29,640 bases of DNA from Candidatus Auribacterota bacterium (GCA_023136205.1 JAGLRQ010000004.1:1-29640), one strand, 5' to 3'. Counted from the first letter of the stretch, positions 6,605 through 17,697 are shown. Program-made: numbers and translations. Notes: a model not told the origin generated them from the sequence alone.

Positions 6605-7632
6605 AAATCATCGACAAATATCTTATAAGAAATTTTTTAGTTCCGTTTACTTACTGTATGCTTACCTTTATACTCCTTTATATAATAAGGGATCTGATCG
6701 TCAACCTTGAAGAATTTATTCAAAGCGGAACCCTTTCATTTACAAAGATTATTTATTCTTATCTCCTTATGCTCCCGCTTATTATCGTACGGGTTTCTCC
6801 TATCGCAAGTCTCCTGGCTGTCATATATTCCATGGGAAATTTAAGCAAACACAACGAGATAAGCGCAATGAGGACAAGTGGTATAAGCATCTATAGGATA
6901 CTGGTACCATATATACTTGTCGGTTCGTTTATAACATTTTTCACTTTCCTCATAAATGAACAATTCGCATCCGGAGCAAACCTGCTTGCCATGCAGGAAT
7001 TCAATAAAAAATCCGAAACTTCGGGACAGGACAATATTTTAAAAGATCTAATACTGATGGATAAAGAAAAGAACTTATATAATATTAAGACTTTTGAAAT
7101 AAACAGCAGCAAAATAGAACAAGTCGAAATTAAATACTATTACCCTGATAAAAAAATATTGAAAAAACGCATATACGCCAAAAAAGGAATAATCGAAGGA
7201 AATAAATGGATTCTTTACGATGGAAAAACAGAAAATTTTACGCGAGAGGGTAACTTGAACAGGGAAGATCCAGGCGGAAAATTCAGCAAGCAGATTTTCA
7301 GTACCGCAACAACAAAAGAAGATCTTATAAAATCAAAATTATCCAATGTTTTTCTATCGTTTAACACCGACAAACATCAGAGGACTTCCCTGCCTTTCAT
7401 CAATATTGTTGTGATTTTTCTCGCTGTTCCCTTCACCTTAAAGATAACAGGCCGGGGAGGAGCTATCTTTGGTGTAGCATTAAGCATTGGTATATTTTTC
7501 TTATATTATATCATCTATTCCGCATCAATAGCCGCCGGTAAAGAAGGTTTTATAAACCCGGCATTATCCGCATGGCTGCCTCATATTATATTTACAGTTT
7601 TAGGAATAGGAATTCTTTCTAAGACTCGCTAA
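6601..7632 (+). CDS. lptG: LPS export ABC transporter permease LptG
   Basis: 343 aa, MKIIDKYLIRNFLVPFTYCMLTFILLYII. Paralogous architecture to the upstream LptF and translationally coupled to it. Confidence 0.85.
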   Translation: MKIIDKYLIRNFLVPFTYCMLTFILLYIIRDLIVNLEEFIQSGTLSFTKIIYSYLLMLPLIIVRVSPIASLLAVIYSMGNLSKHNEISAMRTSGISIYRILVPYILVGSFITFFTFLINEQFASGANLLAMQEFNKKSETSGQDNILKDLILMDKEKNLYNIKTFEINSSKIEQVEIKYYYPDKKILKKRIYAKKGIIEGNKWILYDGKTENFTREGNLNREDPGGKFSKQIFSTATTKEDLIKSKLSNVFLSFNTDKHQRTSLPFINIVVIFLAVPFTLKITGRGGAIFGVALSIGIFFLYYIIYSASIAAGKEGFINPALSAWLPHIIFTVLGIGILSKTR

Positions 7633-7639
7633 TTTGGAC

Positions 7640-10098
<2,459 letters not shown>

Positions 10099-10169
10099 TT
10101 TTCTACTCCATAGTTCCTGGCTTTTACCCTGATTACTTTTACATTAAACCCATAAAAACAAGATTTCCT

Positions 10170-10198
10170 AATATAAAAAAATGAATCTCATAAGTCAA
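10170..10198 (-). promoter_or_regulatory. Candidate sigma70-type promoter for metK-ahcY
   Basis: Minus strand TTGACT (10198..10193), 17-nt spacer, TATATT (10175..10170), just downstream of the ptsI stop. This implies a leader of roughly 65 nt before the metK ATG. Confidence 0.4.
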
Positions 10199-10214
10199 GA
10201 ATGAATAGGAAAAA

Positions 10215-12032
10215 TTAAATCTGGGCATTTGATATGGGATCATCTTTTGAATATGGCATCCTGTAATTCTGCTGCATAACAAATTCCGGGGCAGTCTTTT
10301 TAAGAAGCGCTCTGGCCAGTTTCCTGACTTCATAGCTGGTACTGCATTTCAAAACCTTTTCTGAAAGCATCTGGAGACTTTTAAAAGAAGAACTTCTTAT
10401 AACCTTTTTTATCTCAGGAACAATAATCGAACTTGCACTCAACTCGTCAATGCCCATGCCCACAAGGATAAGAGTCATTTCAAGGTCACCCGCCATTTCA
10501 CCGCACATACCCACCCAGATATTTTCCGCATGTCCGTTATCTATAATACTCTTAATCAACCTTAGGACAGCGGGGTTCGCAGGCTCATAAAGGTAAGCAA
10601 CTTTCTCATTCACTCTATCTACGGCAATTGAATACTGAATAAGGTCATTCGTCCCTATGCTGAAAAAATCAACATGGCGGGCTATTATGTCCGAAGTTAT
10701 AGCCGCAGACGGAATTTCAATCATAGCACCCATTTCAATTTCCTTGTCATACGCAATTCTACTTTTATCAAGAGATGTTTTCACTTCTTCTACTATCTTA
10801 TTTGCCTCTAAAACTTCATCTACAGAGGAGATCATGGGGTACATTAACTTGACATTCCCAACCGCACTCGCTCTTAAGATTGCCCGCAGCTGTTGTTTAA
10901 AAACTTCCTGTTCTTCAAGGCAAATCCTTATGGCTCTCCATCCGAGAAACGGATTCATTTCTTTTTGGATACCAATTTGATGTGAAAATTTATCTCCTCC
11001 AATATCCAGTGTCCGTATTATCACAGGATTGGGGTAAATTTCTTCAGCAACCTTTTTATACGCAGTATACTGTTCTTCTTCCGAAGGAAGGTCCGTACGG
11101 TTAAAATAGAAAAACTCAGTCCTGTAAAGGCCAACACCTTCAGCCCCATGAGATATTACCGATGGTATGTCTGCCGGCATTTCAATATTCGCAGAAACAG
11201 AAACTCTGTAACCGTCTATCGTTTCCGCAGGAAGGTCTTTAAGTTCGGCAAGTTTTTCTGTCAACCGTTCAAATTTCGATTTTTCGATAGTATATTTGCT
11301 TAAAGACCGTTTTGAAGGATGGATAATTACCAAACCGCGGTTTCCATCAACAATAATCCTGGCGCCCGGTTTTATCTTTCCGGTAACATTATGAAGCCCC
11401 ACTACCGCGGGAATCTCCAGAGAACGCGCTATAATCGCGGTATGAGAAGTTTTACCCCCAACATCAGTAGCAAAACCCTTAACAAGCTCTTTGTGCATCA
11501 TCGCGGTATCAGAAGGGCTAAGGTCATAAGCGACAATGATCACCTCTTCCTCAAAATCCGACAGGTCCTTCTTTTTTTTACCCATCAGGTTGTAAAGGAC
11601 CCTTCTTGTAAAATCACGTATATCAGAAGCTCTTTCTCTCAGGTAATCGTCTTCCATATTGGAAAACAGTTCGACATATTTTTTCCCCACCTGCTGAAAG
11701 ATATATTCCACATTTATCTTTTCCTTTTCCAGTCTCTTAATAACCTGTTCTATCACCGACCTGTCTTCAAGAAACAATAAATGGGCGTTAAATATCTGGG
11801 CGTGTTCTTCGCCCACTTGACTGGCAATCTTATTTTGAATTCCAACTAATTCATGGCGGGTTTTTATGAGGGCTTCTTCAAACCTGGCTATCTCACCAGG
11901 AATCTGCTCCTCCGGGATCTTATACTTTGCAATAAATTCTTCTTTACTGTCAAAGAGGTAAACTTTCCCTATTACAACTCCGGGACAAACAGGTATTCCT
12001 CTGAGAACAATTTCTTTGTTCGCGGGTTTCAT
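10215..12032 (-). CDS. ptsI: Phosphoenolpyruvate--protein phosphotransferase (PTS Enzyme I)
   Basis: 605 aa. Phospho-histidine motif GGKTSHTAIIARSLEIPAVVG and PEP-utilising C-terminal domain (GTNDLIQY, GMCGEMAGD). ATGA overlap with the ptsH stop. Confidence 0.95.
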   Translation of the reverse strand: MKPANKEIVLRGIPVCPGVVIGKVYLFDSKEEFIAKYKIPEEQIPGEIARFEEALIKTRHELVGIQNKIASQVGEEHAQIFNAHLLFLEDRSVIEQVIKRLEKEKINVEYIFQQVGKKYVELFSNMEDDYLRERASDIRDFTRRVLYNLMGKKKKDLSDFEEEVIIVAYDLSPSDTAMMHKELVKGFATDVGGKTSHTAIIARSLEIPAVVGLHNVTGKIKPGARIIVDGNRGLVIIHPSKRSLSKYTIEKSKFERLTEKLAELKDLPAETIDGYRVSVSANIEMPADIPSVISHGAEGVGLYRTEFFYFNRTDLPSEEEQYTAYKKVAEEIYPNPVIIRTLDIGGDKFSHQIGIQKEMNPFLGWRAIRICLEEQEVFKQQLRAILRASAVGNVKLMYPMISSVDEVLEANKIVEEVKTSLDKSRIAYDKEIEMGAMIEIPSAAITSDIIARHVDFFSIGTNDLIQYSIAVDRVNEKVAYLYEPANPAVLRLIKSIIDNGHAENIWVGMCGEMAGDLEMTLILVGMGIDELSASSIIVPEIKKVIRSSSFKSLQMLSEKVLKCSTSYEVRKLARALLKKTAPEFVMQQNYRMPYSKDDPISNAQI

Positions 12033-12316
12033 TCTTCTCCAAATTTATTTATAAAAAGCTGTCCTAGTTCATCAATAGCTTTCTGAGCATCCTCTCCTTC
12101 TGCGATAACTTTAATTTTTGTTCCTTTCGCGGCCGCAAGCATCATAACACCCATAATGCTCTTACCGTTAATTGTTTCTCCATCTTTCATTACATGGACT
12201 TTCGCATTAAATCTATTTGCCGCCTGGACAAACATTGCCGCAGGGCGAGCATGTAAGCCAAGCTCGTTTTTAATTTCTATTTCTTTTTCAATTTTTAATG
12301 TATTTTCTTCACTCAT
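12029..12316 (-). CDS. ptsH: Phosphocarrier protein HPr
   Basis: 95 aa. His-15 motif GLHARPAA and Ser-46 motif NGKSIMGVMML (the HprK target site). Confidence 0.95.
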   Translation of the reverse strand: MSEENTLKIEKEIEIKNELGLHARPAAMFVQAANRFNAKVHVMKDGETINGKSIMGVMMLAAAKGTKIKVIAEGEDAQKAIDELGQLFINKFGEE

Positions 12317-12328
12317 AATTATAAAGCC

Positions 12329-12377
12329 GTATCTCGTCCCCTCCGGGGAGGCTCCGCTCCGCTCCGCACTATCTCGT
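12329..12377. repeat. GC-rich 32-nt core flanked by perfect 8-nt direct repeats, in the EIIA/ptsH spacer
   Basis: TATCTCGT (12330-12337), core CCCCTCCGGGGAGGCTCCGCTCCGCTCCGCAC (12338-12369), TATCTCGT (12370-12377). The core holds 3 tandem GCTCC units. Its reverse complement matches 5403-5446 at 40/44. Confidence 0.8.
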
Positions 12378-12391
12378 AGAAAAAGATGGAC

Positions 12392-12814
12392 TTATACATC
12401 TATTATTTCGATTTTTCTTTTCTTTAAATAACTCTCAGCGGTAAACACACTCCTGCGGCCGGTTCTTGTTATCTGCAAAGCCAGTTTCTTCAAGTCCTTT
12501 TCGTTTCTGTGCACAGCAAACTCCATCAGCATAGGAAGATTAACCCCTGTTACAATCTTAATTTTCTTCTTTTTAAGAATGCTCATCCCTATGTTCGCGG
12601 GGCTGCCGCCAAATATATCTACAAGAACCAAAACCCCGTCCGGGGAATCAACACTTTCTATTGCTTCCGTAAGATTCCTCTCAATATCTTCATGCTTATC
12701 CTTGTTAAGCTGAGAAACCACAGCCAATTTTTCTATCTTGCCGACTATTTCCTCAGCCGCCGATACAAGATCCCTTGCTAAATTCCCATGTGCCGCGACT
12801 ACTACTCCAATCAT
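12392..12814 (-). CDS. PTS EIIA component, mannose/fructose (Man) family
   Basis: 140 aa. MIGVVVAAHGNLARDL carries the N-terminal active-site His (AHG) typical of EIIA-Man. Start overlaps the hprK stop. No EIIB/C/D gene is nearby. Confidence 0.8.
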   Translation of the reverse strand: MIGVVVAAHGNLARDLVSAAEEIVGKIEKLAVVSQLNKDKHEDIERNLTEAIESVDSPDGVLVLVDIFGGSPANIGMSILKKKKIKIVTGVNLPMLMEFAVHRNEKDLKKLALQITRTGRRSVFTAESYLKKRKIEIIDV

Positions 12815-13785
12815 CTTTTCTTCTTCCTTTTTTTAACGCCGGCTATTTTTTTACTACCACCTGTCATTCTTTTTATTAACGAATCATTCAGATCTTTTGC
12901 CGAATTCCTTCCGAGCTTTCTAAGCCTGTGATTAAGAGCCGCAACTTCAATGATAAGAGCTACGTCCCGGCCCGGCTTAACGGGGATTACCATATAAGGA
13001 AGCTTAATGCCAAGTATGGTAAAAAAATTTTCATCAATACCGACCCTGTCATACTCTTTTTCAACATCCCAGTCTTCGAGAGAAACAACCATGTCAATTT
13101 TCTTATATTCCCTAACAGAGCCTGCTCCGAAAAGTTGTTCGATATTTATAATTCCCGGCCCTCTTATTTCCATATGGTACTTAGTCACCTCAGCGCAGTT
13201 GCCAATAAGATCTTTTCTGTCGCGCAGTTTTATAATAACAATATCATCAGATATAAGCCTGTGTCCTTTACTAACAATGGAAAGCGCACATTCACTTTTG
13301 CCAACTCCGCTCTCACCTATAATCAGAATTCCTATACCATAAACCTCGACAAGATCCCCGCTCATTGTTATCTGCGGAGAAAATTTATCCTCTAAATACA
13401 GGGTAGCCTCATTTATAAGTAATTTTGTTATTGAATTCGATCTGAAAAGAACTACACCAGTTCTATCTGCCTCCTCTATCATCTCCTTAAAGGGAACAAA
13501 ATGTCTTGTTATAATGCAGCAGGGAACTTTCTTTGAGAAAAAAGCTCTTATCATCTTAGTTCTTTCTTCCTTGTTGAGAGTCTTTAAAAAAGACATTTCA
13601 ACAAACCCTATAACCTGAATTCTCCTGTGAGGAAAGAAATCGTAATATCCAACCAGGGCTAGCCCGGGCCGATTTAAAGTCGGCTCTTTAATCTTTCTCC
13701 TCAGCCCTTTTTCGCCGCCGACAAGTTCCATCCCCAGATGGTCCTTCAAGCTATTGTAAAAATCTCTTACGGTAACCTCTTGCAT
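12811..13785 (-). CDS. hprK: HPr kinase/phosphorylase
   Basis: 324 aa. P-loop GESGVGKSE followed by LISDDIV and EIRGPGIINI, typical of HprK/P. Confidence 0.92.
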   Translation of the reverse strand: MQEVTVRDFYNSLKDHLGMELVGGEKGLRRKIKEPTLNRPGLALVGYYDFFPHRRIQVIGFVEMSFLKTLNKEERTKMIRAFFSKKVPCCIITRHFVPFKEMIEEADRTGVVLFRSNSITKLLINEATLYLEDKFSPQITMSGDLVEVYGIGILIIGESGVGKSECALSIVSKGHRLISDDIVIIKLRDRKDLIGNCAEVTKYHMEIRGPGIINIEQLFGAGSVREYKKIDMVVSLEDWDVEKEYDRVGIDENFFTILGIKLPYMVIPVKPGRDVALIIEVAALNHRLRKLGRNSAKDLNDSLIKRMTGGSKKIAGVKKRKKKR

Positions 13786-13833
13786 ATTTTACTGTTCCTC
13801 CAAAAACCTTTATCTTAATAGATCAATCCCGGC

Positions 13834-14166
13834 TTAGTCCTCGCCATTCTCCATTTCAAGTTCCTTTACGGATTTGGCTTTCCTATTATGAAATTTCCCT
13901 TTCATCCTTCTGAGTTTTTCCTCAATTCTATCTATAAGATTGTCTATTGACTTATACATATCATCACTTACTTCTTCCATATGAAAGGAAAAGTGAGGCC
14001 CGTTTAAAGTAACTTCTGCTTTTTGCCGATACTTTTCTATGTCCATTATTACATGAGAATCATTGATTCTAAGCGTAAATTTGTCCATCTTAGAAAACTT
14101 TTCCTTTGCGTATTCTTTCATCGGCTCAGTTACAGACACATGCCTTCCTGTTACAGTAATATCCAC
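13834..14166 (-). CDS. hpf: Ribosome hibernation promoting factor / ribosome-associated inhibitor, short form
   Basis: The ORF track starts at 14196. GTG at 14166 is preceded by AAAGGAGGT (14180..14172) and gives VDITVTGRHVSVTEPMKEYAKEKF, a canonical HPF/RaiA N-terminus. The product is 110 aa with no long-HPF C-terminal domain. Confidence 0.85.
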   Translation of the reverse strand: MDITVTGRHVSVTEPMKEYAKEKFSKMDKFTLRINDSHVIMDIEKYRQKAEVTLNGPHFSFHMEEVSDDMYKSIDNLIDRIEEKLRRMKGKFHNRKAKSVKELEMENGED

Positions 14167-14201
14167 ACAATACCTCCTTTTTGCATGAGACCACAACTTA
14201 C

Positions 14202-14238
14202 ATTATAAGTTATGTCCTAATTGTAAACATTGTAAACA
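14202..14238 (-). promoter_or_regulatory. Candidate hpf promoter region: TATAAT box plus tandem 9-nt repeat
   Basis: Minus strand TATAAT (14207..14202). The plus strand has TTGTAAACA twice in tandem (14221-14229, 14230-14238), covering the -35 position. No good TTGACA-like hexamer is present. Confidence 0.3.
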
Positions 14239-14289
14239 ATATATAACACAGAGATTTTAACAAGGCAATTATTTAAAACATAAATACTT

Positions 14290-15012
14290 TTACATTGTAA
14301 ATCTCTCACCCAGATATATTTTTCTTGCCTGGGGATCATTAATAAGTTCGTTAGCAGTTCCGGAAAGCAAAATTTTGCCATCATACATTACATACGCCCT
14401 GTCCGTAATGGATAAAGTTTCTCTTACACTGTGGTCAGTGAGAAGTATACCCAGCCCCTTTTCTTTTAAGGTTTCTATAATCTGCTGGACTTCAAAAACA
14501 GCAATCGGGTCAACTCCTGAAAATGGTTCGTCCAGAAGTATGAATGAAGGATTTGTTACCAAGGCTCTGGTAATTTCCAATCTTCTTCTTTCTCCTCCTG
14601 AAAGGGTACATGCTTTATTGTTTGCAAGGTCCGCAATTTTTAACTCCGATAGAAGCTGACCCAGCTTTTCTTTCCTCTGTTTATACGTAGATGGAAGAGT
14701 TTCAAGTATTGCCATTATATTTTCTTCAACTGTAAGGTTCCTGAATATCGAGGGCTCCTGCGCAAGATAGCCGATACCCTTTTTCGCGCGTTTACACATC
14801 GGATCTTTTGTTATATCTTTATTGTCAAAAATCACTCTGCCCAAATCCGGTCTTACAAGGCCTACAATCATATAAAATGTGGTAGTTTTACCTGCTCCAT
14901 TGGGACCCAAAATTCCAACAATTTCGCCTCTATGAACATTTATTTCAACGTCATTTACCACGCGTTTATTGTGATAGCTTTTACAAAGTTTTTCTGTATG
15001 CAAAAGTTCCAT
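14290..15012 (-). CDS. lptB: LPS export ABC transporter ATP-binding protein LptB
   Basis: 240 aa. Walker A GPNGAGKTT, signature LSGGERRRLEI, Walker B ILLDEPFSGVDP. Sits directly after lptA. Confidence 0.93.
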   Translation of the reverse strand: MELLHTEKLCKSYHNKRVVNDVEINVHRGEIVGILGPNGAGKTTTFYMIVGLVRPDLGRVIFDNKDITKDPMCKRAKKGIGYLAQEPSIFRNLTVEENIMAILETLPSTYKQRKEKLGQLLSELKIADLANNKACTLSGGERRRLEITRALVTNPSFILLDEPFSGVDPIAVFEVQQIIETLKEKGLGILLTDHSVRETLSITDRAYVMYDGKILLSGTANELINDPQARKIYLGERFTM

Positions 15013-15030
15013 TAGTCATTTCCTCTATGT

Positions 15031-15543
15031 CTAAAATATACTTATTTCCGATGAATCTTTATCTCTTTTGGGAAAAATTATAAGTTTTGCGCCAGGTTCG
15101 CAAACCATTCTATTCTCATCAATATAAAACGTTATTTTTTCGCCTGCAATTGTATCGGTACCCCTTTTTACAACAGGATCACCGGTAAGCACGACTATCC
15201 TGCTTTCCATTATAAAAACAGCCTCTTCGCAAGTGGCAATTTTATCCTCCTGATTTATTTCCACATTACCAAAAGCTTCTATTCTCTCTATCTTTTTCTT
15301 GTCTTTATTGAAAATAAGTTTTATTTTGTCAGCCCTGATATTCCCGTATTTATCTTCGACAAAAACATCGTTGTTCAATATAGCAATATTATTGTTATAA
15401 TCCACGTTCAGAGGGCCTGAACATGTTATAACTGTCGGAACTCTTTCAATCTTCTCAGGCCCTTTTGATTTGCCGTTCGCCTCTTCTGCCACGACACAAG
15501 AACCATAAAAAATAACAAGCAGCAGGATAAAAAGAAATCTCAT
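15031..15543 (-). CDS. lptA: Periplasmic LPS transport protein LptA (OstA-like)
   Basis: 170 aa with a signal peptide (MRFLFILLLVIFYGSCVVA), OstA-like beta-jellyroll sequence (FGNVEINQEDKIATCEEAVF) and lptC-lptA-lptB synteny. ATGA overlap with the lptC stop. Confidence 0.8.
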   Translation of the reverse strand: MRFLFILLLVIFYGSCVVAEEANGKSKGPEKIERVPTVITCSGPLNVDYNNNIAILNNDVFVEDKYGNIRADKIKLIFNKDKKKIERIEAFGNVEINQEDKIATCEEAVFIMESRIVVLTGDPVVKRGTDTIAGEKITFYIDENRMVCEPGAKLIIFPKRDKDSSEISIF

Positions 15544-16073
15544 AGTGAAAACTCCTTAAGTAAATTCTCATAAATTTCAATTCTTATATTCCTTTTTACA
15601 TTGAACAATCCCCGGCCAATGGAACCATAAACACCATCACCTGTTAACATAAAATCCTTTTTCTGTATTTTTAAGGGGCCTTCGCTCTTTATCTCTTTCG
15701 TTTTGGCAAAATAATTCAGATAATCCGCTATAATCGTTATCCCGCTTTCAGTGTTAATTGTCACATTTCCTTCCACATGGATAACCTGGTTTTCTTTATC
15801 AAGGGCTCCCTTATCAATTGTTCCTCTTTCAGCAACAATTTCATATGTTTCTGATTTTGACACCAGCTCGGCTTTTACTTTTTCCATATCTATTTTTCCA
15901 TCAGCATTTACAACAGCTTTTTCTCCTTTGACTTTCCACTGATTTTCCAGTTGGTCCGCCGGCGAAGAAAATGTAAAATCCGTAAATTGCCCTACCGGGC
16001 CATCTTCACCGGATTGAGAAAAAGTCGCCGCGGCAAACATTATAAAAAACCCTGCAAAATTTATAATTCTCAC
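15540..16073 (-). CDS. lptC: LPS export system protein LptC
   Basis: 177 aa with an N-terminal membrane anchor, LptC-like body (VEGNVTINTESGITIIADYLNY) and kdsC-lptC-lptA synteny. GTGA overlap with the kdsC stop. Confidence 0.72.
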   Translation of the reverse strand: MRIINFAGFFIMFAAATFSQSGEDGPVGQFTDFTFSSPADQLENQWKVKGEKAVVNADGKIDMEKVKAELVSKSETYEIVAERGTIDKGALDKENQVIHVEGNVTINTESGITIIADYLNYFAKTKEIKSEGPLKIQKKDFMLTGDGVYGSIGRGLFNVKRNIRIEIYENLLKEFSL

Positions 16074-16606
16074 TTGCCCTCAAATAGGTTAACATATCTC
16101 TCAGTTAAATCATCCCACTTACCCTGAACCTTAATAAGCATATCTGTCACTTCCCGAACAGCACCTTTTCCACCCCGTTTTTTTGTAACATAGTTAGCTT
16201 TTGCTTTAACGTACTCAGGCGCATCAGGAACAGCCACAGCCACCCCTGACTCCAACATCAGGGGAAGATCCACCAGGTCATCACCCATAACACAAATTTC
16301 TTCAGATTCAATCCGAAATTCCTTTCTGATCTCTTCAAATGCTTTCTTTTTCGATGTCATACCCATATAAACCCGTTTTATATTAAGTTCTTTAGCTCTG
16401 ATTTCTGTCACCGGAGACTTTCTGCCTGATATAATCACCGGCTCAATTCCGGCCCTTCGTAACATTTTAAGCCCCGCCCCATCCTGAACAGAAAATATTT
16501 TTGTTTCTACCCCCTCGCTGTTTATTATTATAGACCCATCGGTAAGAACACCATCTACATCAAGAATAAGAATTTTTATCTTTTTTAATTGATCTTCAAG
16601 ACTCAT
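16070..16606 (-). CDS. kdsC: 3-deoxy-D-manno-octulosonate 8-phosphate phosphatase
   Basis: HAD motif ILDVDGVLTDG. The ORF track starts at GTG 16618, but ATG 16606 (MSLEDQLKK...) is preceded by GAGGA at good spacing, so I prefer it. Confidence 0.88.
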   Translation of the reverse strand: MSLEDQLKKIKILILDVDGVLTDGSIIINSEGVETKIFSVQDGAGLKMLRRAGIEPVIISGRKSPVTEIRAKELNIKRVYMGMTSKKKAFEEIRKEFRIESEEICVMGDDLVDLPLMLESGVAVAVPDAPEYVKAKANYVTKKRGGKGAVREVTDMLIKVQGKWDDLTERYVNLFEGK

Positions 16607-16632
16607 ATTTTTCCTCACAATCTAGAATATTT

Positions 16633-16705
16633 CGTATTAAGTATCGTGTATCGTGTTTAAAAACTCATTTAATACTCAATACTCACGACGCAATACGCAC
16701 AACGA
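16633..16705. repeat. Intercistronic imperfect inverted repeat built from 7-nt units (kdsD/kdsC spacer)
   Basis: Left arm CGTATTAA GTATCGT GTATCGT (16633-16654). Right arm AATACTC AATACTC ACGACGC AATACGC ACAACGA (16671-16705). About 19 of 25 positions pair, and 3 A-C mismatches on the plus strand become G-U pairs on the minus (sense) transcript. Confidence 0.75.
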
Positions 16706-16708
16706 ATT

Positions 16709-17683
16709 TCATCCTAATCCAAGCAAATCTTTTTCATCCAGAAGGCCTACAGGCCTGCCTTTTTTATCTATAACCGGTATTTCATCAAACTTCTTGTCTT
16801 TTATAATACGCAAGGCTTCCATTGCCAACTTATCCTGAGAGATAACTGTCGGGTTCCTGGTCATGTATTTTTTTACCTGTTTCGTGATAAGATCCGGGTC
16901 TTTTTCGAGGTGCTTTCTTAAATCTCCATCAGTAAAAAGTCCCACCATCTTACCCTTTGAATTTACTATTGATGCCGAGCCTGCTCTCGCCCTGGTTATT
17001 TTTATAAGCACCGCTTTGATAGATTCATCTTCTTTTGCAAAAGCAAAGTTTTTCCCTGTTCTCATTATATCCCGCACTTTGAGAAGCTTCCTGCCCAAGG
17101 TACCGCCGGGATGAAAAAACGCGTAGTCCTCAATTTTAAAATTTTTGCTTTCAAGCAGGGCTATGGCAAGCGCATCCCCCAGTGCCAGAGCGGCGGTCGT
17201 GCTTGCCGTTGGAGCCAGGTTCATCGGACACGCTTCCCTGCCAACACCAGCATCAAGAACTACATCACTATAACGAGCAAGTGTGGATTTCTTATTTCCT
17301 GTTATCGCAATCATACTGGCTCCGATTTTCTTGATGATGGGAATAAGTTTTACAATCTCATCCGATTCTCCACTATTTGATAACGCAATTACAACATCTC
17401 CTTTAAGAACCATCCCAAGGTCCCCGTGAATAGCCTCTGCCGGATGAAGAAAAAGAGATGGAGTACCAAGACTTGCAAGTGTAGCCGATATTTTTCTCCC
17501 TATTAAACCAGGTTTCCCCATACCCGTTACAATAACCCTTCCTAACGAATGGAGGATGGTATCAACTGCCCTATCAAACTGTTTATCGAGTTTATCTAAA
17601 ACTGTTTTTACTGCCCCTGCCTCAATTCTTAACACCCGCTTCGCAATACTCCTATGAGATACTTTCCTTTTTGCCTTCGTCAT
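16709..17683 (-). CDS. kdsD: Arabinose-5-phosphate isomerase (SIS domain plus CBS pair)
   Basis: 324 aa. SIS motif VTGMGKPGLIGRKISATLASLG, a C-terminal tandem CBS region, and a position between kdsA and kdsC. Confidence 0.9.
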   Translation of the reverse strand: MTKAKRKVSHRSIAKRVLRIEAGAVKTVLDKLDKQFDRAVDTILHSLGRVIVTGMGKPGLIGRKISATLASLGTPSLFLHPAEAIHGDLGMVLKGDVVIALSNSGESDEIVKLIPIIKKIGASMIAITGNKKSTLARYSDVVLDAGVGREACPMNLAPTASTTAALALGDALAIALLESKNFKIEDYAFFHPGGTLGRKLLKVRDIMRTGKNFAFAKEDESIKAVLIKITRARAGSASIVNSKGKMVGLFTDGDLRKHLEKDPDLITKQVKKYMTRNPTVISQDKLAMEALRIIKDKKFDEIPVIDKKGRPVGLLDEKDLLGLG

Positions 17684-17697
17684 TAATCCGCTCCACT

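Noticed and set aside
10099-10214. Possible SAM riboswitch in the metK leader
   Set aside because: I could not recognise SAM-I, SAM-II/V or SAM-SAH consensus features in the roughly 65-nt leader by eye. An Rfam/Infernal scan would be needed. A 64-aa ORF at 10139-10333 overlapping the ptsI end was also dismissed as spurious.
12330-12377. Interpreting the 8-nt direct repeats (TATCTCGT) as target-site duplications of a 32-nt mobile insert
   Set aside because: The second copy at 5398-5445 has very similar flanks (ACTACATA and TCTAGATA versus ACGAGATA). The repeats therefore look like part of the element rather than locus-specific duplications. The TSD reading is kept only as a minor alternative.
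14167-14196. 10-codon N-terminal extension of hpf (MWSHAKRRYC)
   Set aside because: The extension overlaps the strong AAAGGAGGT SD that serves GTG 14166, and the conserved HPF fold begins at VDITVTG.
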